DNA of 64,000 bases. Source: Polyangiales bacterium. Lineage in GTDB: Bacteria > Myxococcota_A > Polyangia > Polyangiales > Ga0077539. The position numbers and the translations under genes were made by a program. The stretch is taken from assembly GCA_044229975.1 (NCBI GenBank), contig JBGARZ010000005.1, positions 192,001-256,000 of the forward strand, in the 5' to 3' direction. This document shows, one piece after another, positions 1-9,757 of this stretch. The notes below the pieces were generated by a model. The model was not told the DNA's origin. It was given only the letters and a program-made list of their open reading frames with translations, and made no database searches. The first letter of the stretch is position 1, and each line of letters opens with the position of its first letter.

Positions 1-1
1 C

Positions 2-285
<284 letters not shown>

Positions 286-289
<4 letters not shown>

Positions 290-1710
290 GCTCGGATGGG
301 CCCGAGAAGCCCGATGGCGCGGTTCCGCGAGTCCTGCTGATCGAAGACGACGTCGACGTCGCGGCCGCGGTCACCCCCATCCTGGTCGAGCGCGGCAAGC
401 GCCACATCGAGCACGTCGCCACGGCGAAGGCCGCGCGGGAAGCCCTCGCGCAGCGGGTCTTCGACGCCGTGGTGGTGGACCTCTCCCTGCCCGACGCCGA
501 CGGCTTCGGGTTGTTGGAAGAGATCGCCGCGGAGTTTCCCAACACGGGAATCCTCTGCTTCACGGGTCGCGACGACGCCTCGGCCGCCGTGCGCGCGCTG
601 CGGGCCGGCGCGACGGAGTACATCACCAAGCCGGCCCCGGCCGCGATGCTCCGTCAGGGGGTCGACAGCGCGGTCACCCGGTCGCGCGTGCGCCGCTCGC
701 GCCTCTCGGGGGTGCTCGAAGCGCCGCTCCCCATCGGCAATTCCCCTCCGTGGCGGCAGACCATGGACCTGATCGAGGCCGCGGCGCGCAGCCCGAAGAC
801 CACGGTGCTCATCACGGGCGAGCCGGGCGTCGGGAAGGAAGAGGCCGCCGCCCTGGTGCACCGGCTGAGCGCCCGACGCGACGGGCCCTTCGTGGCCGTC
901 AACGCGGCGTGCCTCTCTCCCTCCATGATCGAGTCCGAGCTCTTCGGACACGAGGTGGGCGCCTTCACGGGAGCCCACCGCCAGCACCGCGGCTTCTTCG
1001 AACAAGCCAGCGGCGGAACCCTCCTGCTCGACGAGATCGGCGAGCTGCCGTTGGAGCTGCAAGCGAAGCTGCTGCGGGTGCTGGAGCGGCACCCCTTCCG
1101 CCGCGTCGGCGGGGAGAAGCCGCTGACGGTAGACGTTCGGCTGTTGTGCGCGACCAACCGCTCGCTCGACGAGCGGGTGCGCGTCGGGGCCTTCCGCGCC
1201 GACCTCCTCGAACGCCTCCGCGTCTTCGAGCTCAAGCTCCCGCCGCTGCGCGATCGGCCCGGCGACGTCACGCGCCTCGCCCATCACTTCCTCGCGCGGC
1301 TGGGCCCTGAGCTCGGCATCCCGGTCGAGGGCTTCTCTCCCCTCGCCCTCGAAGCGCTGGAGGGATACGCCTTCCCCGGCAACGTGCGCGAGCTGCGCAA
1401 CATCACCGAGCGCGCCATCGTGCTGTCGGGCGGAGGCATCATCGAGCGGCGCCACCTGCCGGGAGAGCTGTGGGGCCGAGGCATGACGAGCAGCGCGCCG
1501 CCGCCGCCGCCGAGCGACGACACCTCCCTCGAAGACGTGGTGCGAGAGCACATCCTCCGCGTCTATGAAAACACCGATCAGAACGTGACGCGCACCGCGC
1601 AGGTGCTCGGGATGTCTCGCCTGGCCGTGCGCAAGCGGCTGCAATCCTACGGTGTGCGTGCACGCGGCACAGACGACATCGGTGTAGACCGGAACGAAGA
1701 CGACCGGTAA
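286..1710 (+). CDS. Sigma54-dependent NtrC-family response regulator (REC-AAA+-Fis HTH)
   Basis: REC domain (LLIEDD, VVDLSLPD), Walker A GEPGVGKE, ESELFGH-x-GAFTGA, LLLDEIGE, FPGNVREL and a C-terminal HTH. Confidence 0.95.
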
Positions 1711-1754
1711 CAAACGATCCACCGGTGGATTCAAACGATCCACCCTGGTTGGAT
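1711..1754 (+). promoter_or_regulatory. Putative enhancer (UAS) for a sigma54 activator
   Basis: CAAACGATCCACC occurs twice, at 1711 and 1732 (21-bp spacing). A perfect palindrome ATCCACCGGTGGAT lies at 1717-1730. The site is about 60-105 bp upstream of the -24 box. Confidence 0.6.
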
Positions 1755-1815
1755 GTCGATAATCGAAACTCTTCAAAACAAGCGAATCACTCAAGACAAA
1801 GAGACGACATAGCGC

Positions 1816-1831
1816 TGGCACGACGACTGCA
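1816..1831 (+). promoter_or_regulatory. Sigma54 -24/-12 promoter
   Basis: TGGCAC-GACGA-CTGCA matches TGGCAC-N5-TTGCW with exact GG to GC spacing. It follows an AT-rich stretch and lies directly downstream of an activator gene. Confidence 0.8.
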
Positions 1832-1931
1832 AACACTCTCTACACACGCAGCGACGACAGCGGGTCGAGGTCTTCAATGAGTGGAGACCGACAGTCCGAG
1901 GTCGCAAGTGTCAATCAGGGAGCAGAAGACC

Positions 1932-2294
1932 ATGGCGAACATCAATCCGACTCTTGAGAAGCTTCAGGCGATCGACGGGTTTCTCGGCGCGTGCATCGTC
2001 GACAGCGAGAGCGGCATGACGCTCGGCCTCATCGGCGGCAATGGCATGAACCTGGAGGTCGCGGCGGCGGGCAACACCGAGGTGGTGCGGGCCAAGCGCA
2101 AGACCATGAAGAACCTCAACCTCCGCGACGAGATCGAGGACATCCTCATCACCCTCAGCAAGCAGTACCACCTCATCCGCCCGACGCGGACGCGGCCGGG
2201 CGTCTTCTTCTACCTGGCCCTCGAACGAGGGCGCGCCAACCTGGCGATGGCCCGCATGACCCTCGCGGACGTCGAGAAGGACCTCCAGATCTGA
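1932..2294 (+). CDS. Roadblock/LC7 (MglB-like) protein
   Basis: IDGFLGACIVDSESGM..AAAGNTEVVRAK..IEDILITL..QYHLIRP..ANLAMAR. SD AGGGAG precedes ATG 1932. Confidence 0.8.
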   Translation: MANINPTLEKLQAIDGFLGACIVDSESGMTLGLIGGNGMNLEVAAAGNTEVVRAKRKTMKNLNLRDEIEDILITLSKQYHLIRPTRTRPGVFFYLALERGRANLAMARMTLADVEKDLQI

Positions 2295-2437
2295 GCCCCG
2301 CAGGCGCCGGTGCCTCCCTGTCCTGTAAAAGGGGAGTCACGCGGCGCCGACGTCCCTGACGGTGCGCCCGGCGAAGGTCGGGCGCCGTCGTCTCCAGTGT
2401 ACGAAGAACGGTTCTCGACACCTGCGCGGTGCAAGAC

Positions 2438-3766
2438 ATGGTCAAGACGCCGAGCATCCACCCCGGTCATCCCGCCCCGATCATCCTCGTGGATGATGAG
2501 TTCGAACTGGTGCACGCGGTCAGCGCGATGCTCCGGGCGGAGTTCGGGGAGTCGCGCGTCCGCGCCACGAGCAGCCCCAACGAGGCCCTCGGCTGGATCA
2601 AGAGCGAGAAGCCCGCGGTGCTCATCACCGACGTGCGGATGCCCGGCATCTCCGGCCTGGAGCTCATCTCCCACGTGCAGAGCACGTGGGGCGCGACGCC
2701 CACCGTGGTCATCACCGCCTTCCCCACCGAAGCGGTCTCGGTCGGAGCGCGGCGCGGCTCCTTCGTCTATCTGCCGAAGCCCTTCCCCTTCAAGTCGCTC
2801 GTCGAGACGGTGCAGCAGCTCGCGTCGGCGCCCGCGGCGACCTTCAGCGGGGCGATCGCGGTGTCGACCCTCGCCGACCTCCTCCAGCTCTACGCCATCT
2901 CCGGGAGCACCGGCATGATGACCGTGCAGTCCGCCGACCGGCGCGGGGAGATCTGGTTCGAGCGGGGGCAGATCACGCACGCCCGCACCGACGACGCCGA
3001 AGGCTTCGACGCCTTCGCCGCGATCATCTCGTGGCCCAACGGATCGTTCTCCTGGAAGCTCCGCCGCTCCAACCGGCAGACCATCACCATGAGCGTCTCC
3101 GAGCTCCTCCTCGACGCCTACCGCATCTTCGACGAGACCCGCAAAGACGGTCGTGACACCTCGCCGCCGGCAAGCCCCGCCACGCTCTCGCTGCCGCCCC
3201 TCGACTTCTCCATGGAGGCCCTCCAGAGCCTCAAGGTGCCCGCTCCGCCGCGCGCCTTCAGCCTCGACGCCCCGACGATCATCCCGACGGTCAACCCCAC
3301 CGAGGCGCCCGAGACCGTGAACACCATCTCGGCGGTTCCGCTCGCCTCGGACGAACCGCCGCCGCTCCCGGCGCGCGAGCCGCAGCCCTCCATGGGCAGC
3401 CCGACGCCGGGCTCGGTCGAGATGGTGCTCTCCGGTCTCGCGGCGCTCGACGGCTTTCTCGGCGCGGCGCTCGTCGACAGCGAGCGCGACACCCCGCTCG
3501 GGATGGTTGGGTCGGGCATCGACGTCGCCACGGCGGCGACCGGCAACGCGCAGCTCGTGCAGGCCAAGCGGCGCACCCTCCGGCGCCTCGAGCTCGACGA
3601 CGAGATCGAGGACATCCTCGTGACGCTGGGGACGCAGTACCACCTCGTCCGGCTGGTGCGCGCGCGGCCGGGGCTCTTCTTCTACATGGCCCTCGACCGC
3701 TCGCTCGTGAACCTCGCGATGGCCCGGCTGCGCCTCGCCGACGCCGAGCGCGAGCTGACGATCTGA
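2438..3766 (+). CDS. REC + DUF4388 (PatA-N-like) + Pro-rich linker + roadblock fusion protein
   Basis: IILVDDE..LITDVRMPGISG..YLPKPF; FSGAI..LADLLQL..TG....GEIWFERGQITHA; the C-terminal domain is a close paralog of 1932-2294. Confidence 0.85.
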   Translation: MVKTPSIHPGHPAPIILVDDEFELVHAVSAMLRAEFGESRVRATSSPNEALGWIKSEKPAVLITDVRMPGISGLELISHVQSTWGATPTVVITAFPTEAVSVGARRGSFVYLPKPFPFKSLVETVQQLASAPAATFSGAIAVSTLADLLQLYAISGSTGMMTVQSADRRGEIWFERGQITHARTDDAEGFDAFAAIISWPNGSFSWKLRRSNRQTITMSVSELLLDAYRIFDETRKDGRDTSPPASPATLSLPPLDFSMEALQSLKVPAPPRAFSLDAPTIIPTVNPTEAPETVNTISAVPLASDEPPPLPAREPQPSMGSPTPGSVEMVLSGLAALDGFLGAALVDSERDTPLGMVGSGIDVATAATGNAQLVQAKRRTLRRLELDDEIEDILVTLGTQYHLVRLVRARPGLFFYMALDRSLVNLAMARLRLADAERELTI

Positions 3767-3772
3767 CCGGCG

Positions 3773-4504
3773 ATGGCCCTCTACGACCCCGCCCGCCGTA
3801 CGGTCACCATCCGCATCGTCTACGACGGGCTCGGCACCGCGGGGAAGACCACCAACGTCCGACAGATCTATGAGCTCTTCACCCTCGCGCGCGACGGCGA
3901 CGTGGTGGTGCCCGAAGAGCACCGCGGACGAACGCTCTTCTTCGACTGGCTGGAGCTCAACGCCGGCTACATCGACGAGCGCCCGCTGCGCATCCAGGTG
4001 CTGACGGTGCCGGGGCAGTTCGCCTACGCGCAACGGCGCTGGGCGCTGCTGCGAACGCCCGACGCCATCGTGGAGGTCTGCGACAGCACGCCCGACGCCA
4101 TCGCGCGCTCGCGCTACGCCGTCCGCTTCGTGCAGAAGATGCTCGCCGAAGGGAGCTGCCCCGACGTCCCCATCATCGTGCAGGCCAACAAGCAGGACGC
4201 GCCAGGCGCGCTGCGCGGCCCGGAGATGGCCGCCGCGCTGGGGCTGAGCCCGGAGGTGCGCGTCATCGAGGCCGTGGCGAGCCGAGGCGAGGGCGTGCGA
4301 TCGACGCTGCTCTTCGCGCTGCTCGATGCGCGCGAGCGGGTGCGGGCGCAGATCGCCGAGCACGGCATCGAGTCGCTCGAACAGGGCAACGAGAGCGCCG
4401 AGGACGTGTACCAGCGGATGCGGGCGATCGAAGACGACGGCACGGCGCAGGACGGCGCGGCCCTGGTCGAGAGCATGCTCAACGAGGACGGGGCGAACCG
4501 CTGA
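3773..4504 (+). CDS. MglA-like small GTPase
   Basis: IVYDGLGTAGKTTN (G1), RTLFFD, TVPGQ (G3), NKQD (G4), EAVA..GEGV (G5). Confidence 0.9.
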   Translation: MALYDPARRTVTIRIVYDGLGTAGKTTNVRQIYELFTLARDGDVVVPEEHRGRTLFFDWLELNAGYIDERPLRIQVLTVPGQFAYAQRRWALLRTPDAIVEVCDSTPDAIARSRYAVRFVQKMLAEGSCPDVPIIVQANKQDAPGALRGPEMAAALGLSPEVRVIEAVASRGEGVRSTLLFALLDARERVRAQIAEHGIESLEQGNESAEDVYQRMRAIEDDGTAQDGAALVESMLNEDGANR

Positions 4505-4622
4505 GGGCGCCGCGGTGCGCCCGTGACGGCGCTCATCGATCGCGACGAACCGTAGCAACGCGCCACGCCCGACATCGATGGGCCGTTGGGGTCTAGACTG
4601 CGTGACGGAGGGGAGTTCCTCG

Positions 4623-6164
4623 ATGCGCGTCTGTCCCAACCATGATTGCCCGCACCGCAAGCTCACCGGCGAGCGGGCCGCGTTCGAGTCGGACCGGGAG
4701 CATTGCTCCGATTGCGATGCGACCCTCGTCGCGAGCGATGAAGAGGCCGTCGAGGAGAGGCCCCCGCCCCCGGCGAAGCCGACGGGGCTGGTGCGCCGGG
4801 CGCTGGTGACCCTCGGAGTCATGGCGGCAATCGAAGTGGCGCGCGAGACACCGTCACCCTTCCTGTCGCCAGAGCACTTCATGGGCGACGGGACCTTCGA
4901 GGTCATCCGCGACGTCTCCACCGTCAACCAGGCGACCGCGAGCGCGATCTCGGCTTTCGTGACGGTCGAGGCGGTGTCCATCCTGATTCCCGCGTTGCGA
5001 CGAAGGCGACACGATCACCCCAAGACGCGCCAGCGGATGACGATGGTCGCCTGGGCGCTCACGATGTTCATGACCCTCTCGCAGGGGTACGCCTACGCCC
5101 AGTACGGCATGAGCCACGGGATGAGCGAGGGTGTGGACCTGCCCTTCACGGCGTCCTTCCTCGCGGGGCCAATCGCGCTGTGGGCCGCGGTGCGCGTGCT
5201 CGATCGCTGGGGCATCGGAGGCGGTTGGCCCATGGTGCTGATCGGCTCGAGCGCCGCCCCGCTCGTCGTGGACCTCGCGTCGCTCGTGCGGCAACAGGTC
5301 ATCACGCCCGCAGGGCTCGCGCTGCACCTGTGCCTGTACGCGGGGTGGGCCGCGCTCGGATGGCGGTTTCTACGCAGGCGCTTCGAGCGCGACGCCGAAG
5401 CGGCGACAGCCGACCTCGGCCCGTCGGCCTACCGTAGCGAAGCAACGACCGCGACGACGCTCCGCTTGAGGTTCAGGGCGCCGCTGTGGGGCACCGTTCC
5501 ACTGGCCGCGGCCGTGGCCATCTTCACGATCTTCCAGCAACTGCGGGACTTGCACACACCCGGTGCGGCCGGGCTCATCGAGACGCTCAACGGCAACCCG
5601 TGGCTCCACACCGGATGCTGTTCGCTCGTCGCGCTGGGGATGCTTGCGCTCCTCCCGCGGCTGCCGACGTCACTCCGTCACGCTGACCAGCGGCTCGCGG
5701 CGCTCGGAATGCGCTCCGGGGTGTCGTCGGCCGAGGCGATCGCCCGCGCGGCCAAGGCCACCCGCGCCATGATGCTCGCGGGTTGCGTCCTCATCCTGCT
5801 GGGTGACATCGCGAACCTCCCGCGCTTCGGACCGATGACGGGCCTCACCACCCTCGCCGTCACGGCGCTCGCGCTCGACCTCGTCGACGAGTGGCGCGCC
5901 TTCTCCCGTCACGGTGCCCTCACGCCGGTGCTGCGTGAACAGCGGGTGTGGCTGGCCGACGCCACGGCCTCCTTGCTGGAGCGCGAGGGTGTTCCGGCGT
6001 TTGTACGCAGTGCGAACTATCACCAGATCGCATGGTGGGGCGCGCCGCAGGCGCCGGCCGTGGTGATGGTTCCGGTCGACCGGCGCGACGAGGCGCTGGC
6101 GATCATCGAGCCCGCCGACGAAGCCCCGACCGACGAAGCCCCCACCGGAGAGGCGTCGCCATGA
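4623..6164 (+). CDS. Divergent SecY-like polytopic membrane protein with N-terminal Zn ribbon and C-terminal DUF2007-like domain
   Basis: CPNHDC..CSDC at the N-terminus. SecY-like segments: LVRRALVTLG, AISAFVTVEAVSILIPAL..RQRM, LDRWGIGGGWPMV, LRFRAPLWGTVPL. Tail SLLEREGVPAFV..VMVP..RRDEALAII. SD GGAGG before ATG 4623. Confidence 0.65.
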   Translation: MRVCPNHDCPHRKLTGERAAFESDREHCSDCDATLVASDEEAVEERPPPPAKPTGLVRRALVTLGVMAAIEVARETPSPFLSPEHFMGDGTFEVIRDVSTVNQATASAISAFVTVEAVSILIPALRRRRHDHPKTRQRMTMVAWALTMFMTLSQGYAYAQYGMSHGMSEGVDLPFTASFLAGPIALWAAVRVLDRWGIGGGWPMVLIGSSAAPLVVDLASLVRQQVITPAGLALHLCLYAGWAALGWRFLRRRFERDAEAATADLGPSAYRSEATTATTLRLRFRAPLWGTVPLAAAVAIFTIFQQLRDLHTPGAAGLIETLNGNPWLHTGCCSLVALGMLALLPRLPTSLRHADQRLAALGMRSGVSSAEAIARAAKATRAMMLAGCVLILLGDIANLPRFGPMTGLTTLAVTALALDLVDEWRAFSRHGALTPVLREQRVWLADATASLLEREGVPAFVRSANYHQIAWWGAPQAPAVVMVPVDRRDEALAIIEPADEAPTDEAPTGEASP

Positions 6165-6643
6165 CCATCGCCTGGAACTTCGAACGGCGCCGCGACACCG
6201 CCGCGCGCTTCCTCCTCGGCGTCTGGGTGGTCGCCCAGGGGTCGCCAGGCCGCGACACGAGCCTCAACGCCGTTCGCAACCGGATGCGCCTCTCGCCCGA
6301 GGAGGCGCTCTTCGCCGCTCGTCGCCTGCACGAGGAGGAGCTCATCACCTTCGAGGAGGGCGGCGCCGTGCGTTCCAACGCCCGCGGCATCGAGCGCGCC
6401 GCGGCCCTGATGATGGCAGTGCGCGAGAAGCTACAGCGGTACGATGCGGTGACCGCGGCCCTGCGCGCCGGAGGCACTGCGCTCGACGTCATCGCCGCCG
6501 TCATCCGCGCCGATGGCGGATCGCTCGCGTGCGGGTCACCCGATGATGGAGTCGCCCACCAGCTCGTGGTCACCGGCGACGTCGTCACGCTCCAGCGGCA
6601 GCGCGCCGACGGCGGCTTCGAGCCGGTGCCCGACGACGCCTGA
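6161..6643 (+). CDS. Hypothetical protein, possible winged-helix N-terminal domain
   Basis: ATGA overlap with the upstream gene. SLNAVRNRMRLSPEEALFAARRLHEEELI..G.V...RG resembles a winged HTH. Confidence 0.6.
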   Translation: MTIAWNFERRRDTAARFLLGVWVVAQGSPGRDTSLNAVRNRMRLSPEEALFAARRLHEEELITFEEGGAVRSNARGIERAAALMMAVREKLQRYDAVTAALRAGGTALDVIAAVIRADGGSLACGSPDDGVAHQLVVTGDVVTLQRQRADGGFEPVPDDA

Positions 6644-6650
6644 CCTGAGC

Positions 6651-6690
6651 GCGCTCGCGCAGAAGGGCGCGACTCTTCTGTGAGGAGCGC
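6651..6690. terminator. Hairpin between convergent genes, possible bidirectional terminator
   Basis: GCGCTC..CGCAGAAGGG pairs with CTCTTCTGTG..GAGCGC (with G-U pairs). There is no U-tract. Confidence 0.35.
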
Positions 6691-6714
6691 CCCGCGTCCG
6701 AGCTCGCGCAGACC

Positions 6715-7455
6715 TCACCCCTCCAGGCGCTCGTAGAGCCGGTCGCGCCAGTCGAAGAAGCGCCCCAGCGCCGGGTCGTCGATGAACTCCCGCACCCCCG
6801 CGCCCACCCGATCGGGCAGCGCGTTGTGCCGCGAGCGCGGGATCTTCAACGTCATGCTCAACCCCGCCGCCGTCAGGTCGGCCAGCGTCACGCTCTTCCC
6901 GCACAGGTAGCCGTCGGCCGCGATGCGCTCGCTGAGCTCCATGAGCAGCGACCGCACCTCCGCGCGCGCCGCGGCGAGCTGCCGCCGGATCCCCGGGATG
7001 AACGTCGCTGGTCGCGCGATCCATCGCACCGCGCCGACCACCGCCTGCAGCCCGGCGCCGCCGCCCATCGCCACGCGCCCGACGTCGGCCCAGTCGGCGC
7101 CATCGCGCAGCGCCTCGTCCGTCGCGACACCCGCTGCCCACCGGCCCAGCACGGCGTCGAGGCGGTCTTCCATGTCGAGCACCACGCGCCGCTGCGCGAA
7201 GTCCGATGGCAGCATCGCGGGCGCCTCGGGGAACGTGTGCTCCAGGTACAGCGCGATGGCCGTCGAGTCGGCGATGACGCTCCCCTCGTGCTCGATGACG
7301 GGCACCTGGCGCTGACCCGACAGCCGCATGATGGCGAGCTGATCGACGCCGGGGTGGTGGTCCACGACCCGGTAGTCCAGGCGCTTGAAGTCGAGCATCA
7401 CCCGGACCTTCTCCGAGTAGTGGCTCAGCGGAAACCGATGCAACACGACGCCCAT
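6715..7455 (-). CDS. Glutathione S-transferase family protein
   Basis: LHRFPLSHYSEKVR..LDFKRL..SGQRQVPVI...GSVIADSTAIALYLE..YLCG..TLADL. Confidence 0.9.
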   Translation of the reverse strand: MGVVLHRFPLSHYSEKVRVMLDFKRLDYRVVDHHPGVDQLAIMRLSGQRQVPVIEHEGSVIADSTAIALYLEHTFPEAPAMLPSDFAQRRVVLDMEDRLDAVLGRWAAGVATDEALRDGADWADVGRVAMGGGAGLQAVVGAVRWIARPATFIPGIRRQLAAARAEVRSLLMELSERIAADGYLCGKSVTLADLTAAGLSMTLKIPRSRHNALPDRVGAGVREFIDDPALGRFFDWRDRLYERLEG

Positions 7456-7469
7456 CTCGCCCTCTTTTC

Positions 7470-8660
7470 TCAACCGACCACGCCCGCGCCGCGCAACCCT
7501 GCCAGCTCCGCTTCGTCCACTCCCGCCAGCTCGGCCAGCACCGCGTCGGTGTCCGCGCCCAGCACCGGCGCCGCCGTGTACCCCGCGCGCTCCGCCTCGC
7601 CCGCCCGCAGCGGATCACCCGCCGCGCGCACCGTCCCGGCCACCGGGTGTTCCATCGTCGCGATCATGCCGCGCGCCGCCACCTGCGGATCGGCGCACAC
7701 CTCGGACACCCGCTGCACCGGCCCGGCCGGAACACCCTCTTCGTACAAGCGCGGCAGCCAGTGCCCCGTCGTCTCTTCCGACAACCGTTGTCCGATGAGC
7801 GCCAACACCTCCGCGGCGTGAGCCCGGCGCGCGGCGTTATCGACCATGCGCGGGTCGCGCTCCCACTCCGGTCGACCCAGCGCCCGGCAGAACCCCGGCC
7901 AGAACGCGTCGGTGAACACCGCCACCACCAGATGCCCATCGCGCGTCGTGAAGCGCTGATACGGCAGCGCGTGCGCGTGACCCGATCCCTGGCGGCCCAT
8001 GTCGTCGCCCGCCATCAGCCAGTTGCCCGCTGCATAGCTGAGCAGGCTCACCTGACAGTCGAGCAGCGACAGGTCGATGAAGCGACCGACGCCCGTCTTC
8101 TCGCGCTCGTACAGCGCCGAGCTCACCGCCAGCGCCGCGAACAATCCGCCCGCGAGGTCGCCCATCGGAACCCCGCAGCGCACCGGCTCACCCGCGGGCT
8201 CACCCGTGAGGGCCATCATCCCGCCGCGCGCTTGCAGGGTGAGATCGAAGGCGGGCAGATCGCGGTCGGGCCCGTTGCGCCCGAAGGCCGTGATGCCACA
8301 CACGATGAGCCGCGGGTTGAGCGCCATCAGCGTCGCCGCATCGCAGCCCACGCGCTCGGCCACGCCCGCGCGGAAGTTCTCCACCACCACGTCGCAGCGG
8401 GCGGCCACCCGTCGCAGGAGGGCTCTTCCCTCCGGTCGCGAGAGGTCGAGCGCCACCGAGCGCTTGCCGCGATTGACCGACAGGAAATAGACGCTCTCGC
8501 CCTGGACGAAGTGGGGACCTACCGCGCGGATGTCGTCGCCCGTGACGGGACGCTCGACCTTGATGACCTCGGCGCCAAGATCACTGAGCAGCATCGTGCC
8601 GTAGGGGCCCGCGAGCATGCGCGTGAGGTCGAGCACGCGGACGCCGCGCAGGGAGTTCAC
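7470..8660 (-). CDS. CaiB/BaiF family III CoA-transferase
   Basis: LRGVRVLDLTRMLAGPYGTMLLSDLGAEVIKVE..GDDIR..NRGKRS..DVVVENFR. GTG start overlaps the upstream TGA. Confidence 0.93.
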   Translation of the reverse strand: MNSLRGVRVLDLTRMLAGPYGTMLLSDLGAEVIKVERPVTGDDIRAVGPHFVQGESVYFLSVNRGKRSVALDLSRPEGRALLRRVAARCDVVVENFRAGVAERVGCDAATLMALNPRLIVCGITAFGRNGPDRDLPAFDLTLQARGGMMALTGEPAGEPVRCGVPMGDLAGGLFAALAVSSALYEREKTGVGRFIDLSLLDCQVSLLSYAAGNWLMAGDDMGRQGSGHAHALPYQRFTTRDGHLVVAVFTDAFWPGFCRALGRPEWERDPRMVDNAARRAHAAEVLALIGQRLSEETTGHWLPRLYEEGVPAGPVQRVSEVCADPQVAARGMIATMEHPVAGTVRAAGDPLRAGEAERAGYTAAPVLGADTDAVLAELAGVDEAELAGLRGAGVVG

Positions 8661-9757
8661 GGGCACATCCGCAGCAGGAACGAGTAGCCCGTCGAGCCCG
8701 ACACCGCGCTGCGCTGATAGCCGAGCAGCGCGCCGCCCCACGGCGACGGCGCCACCACATCGAGCGAGCGCACCGGGTCGTTGAGCAGCGTGCGCAGCTC
8801 CACGAAGCGCGCCTCGTGGTCGTACTGCAACGTCACCAACCGCGCGTCGACCTCCGTGCGCCGGATGCCCACCACCGTCAGCGAACGCACCGCCCCCGTC
8901 TCATCAACACCCACCAGGATCGACGGCCGCTCGATGGCCCCCTCCAGCCGCCGCGGCGCCATCCGCACACGCCCATCAACCCCGAGCGCCGCGAACCACC
9001 CCGCGCCGTTGCCGTCGGTGAAGGTCACCCACGGACCCTGCGGATCGGCCGCCAACGCGCGCCATCCCACAACCCCGGCGCCCTCGGAGAGCACTGCTCG
9101 GCGGCGTTCGCGGCACTGCGCGTCGAGCCACACCGCCGACAGCCCCGACGACTCGCCCGGGACCAGCGCCACGAAGCCATCGCCCGCTGCCGCCACCGCG
9201 TCGGGAACCACCCCACGAGGACATCGCGCCGTCGCGCCGAGGTCGCCGTCCTCCTCCACGAGCACCCGCTCGGTGCCGCGCAGCGTCTCCAGAAACACCG
9301 CCGCGGGCAGCGAGCTCTCGCCCGGTCGCGCGACCATGGAGAGCCGACCCGACAACGCCGCGTCGAGGGTGGCCACCGTGGGCTCGCTGCCCTCCGCGAC
9401 GCGCACCACGTTCACCGTCGCGTCCTCGCGGGAGGCGAAGGCGACACGCTGCGTCCCGCCCACGACGGTCAGCGCGGCGTGGTCGAGGCGGTCGGCGTCG
9501 TTGGAGAGCGCCACGGGCTCGCCCGTCGTCACCCCGTCGGGCCGCAGTCCCCGCAGGAACAACCGCTGACCGTCGAGGACGAGGGCGCTCCAGCCGTGGC
9601 CGTTCCAGGCGACGTGGGGCGTGGGCAGACCCTGCTGCGAGCCGACCTCACAGGCGACGCGCGGCGGAGGCACCGGCCTTCCAGCCGGACAACCCACCAC
9701 CACCAACGCCAGGGTCAGCGCACCTGCGATCGAGGAACAAACACCGCGCTCTGCCAT
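8657..9757 (-). CDS. Hypothetical lipoprotein, beta-rich (possible propeller)
   Basis: Hydrophobic stretch ending VVVGC. Overlaps both flanking genes on the same strand. Confidence 0.65.
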   Translation of the reverse strand: MAERGVCSSIAGALTLALVVVGCPAGRPVPPPRVACEVGSQQGLPTPHVAWNGHGWSALVLDGQRLFLRGLRPDGVTTGEPVALSNDADRLDHAALTVVGGTQRVAFASREDATVNVVRVAEGSEPTVATLDAALSGRLSMVARPGESSLPAAVFLETLRGTERVLVEEDGDLGATARCPRGVVPDAVAAAGDGFVALVPGESSGLSAVWLDAQCRERRRAVLSEGAGVVGWRALAADPQGPWVTFTDGNGAGWFAALGVDGRVRMAPRRLEGAIERPSILVGVDETGAVRSLTVVGIRRTEVDARLVTLQYDHEARFVELRTLLNDPVRSLDVVAPSPWGGALLGYQRSAVSGSTGYSFLLRMCP

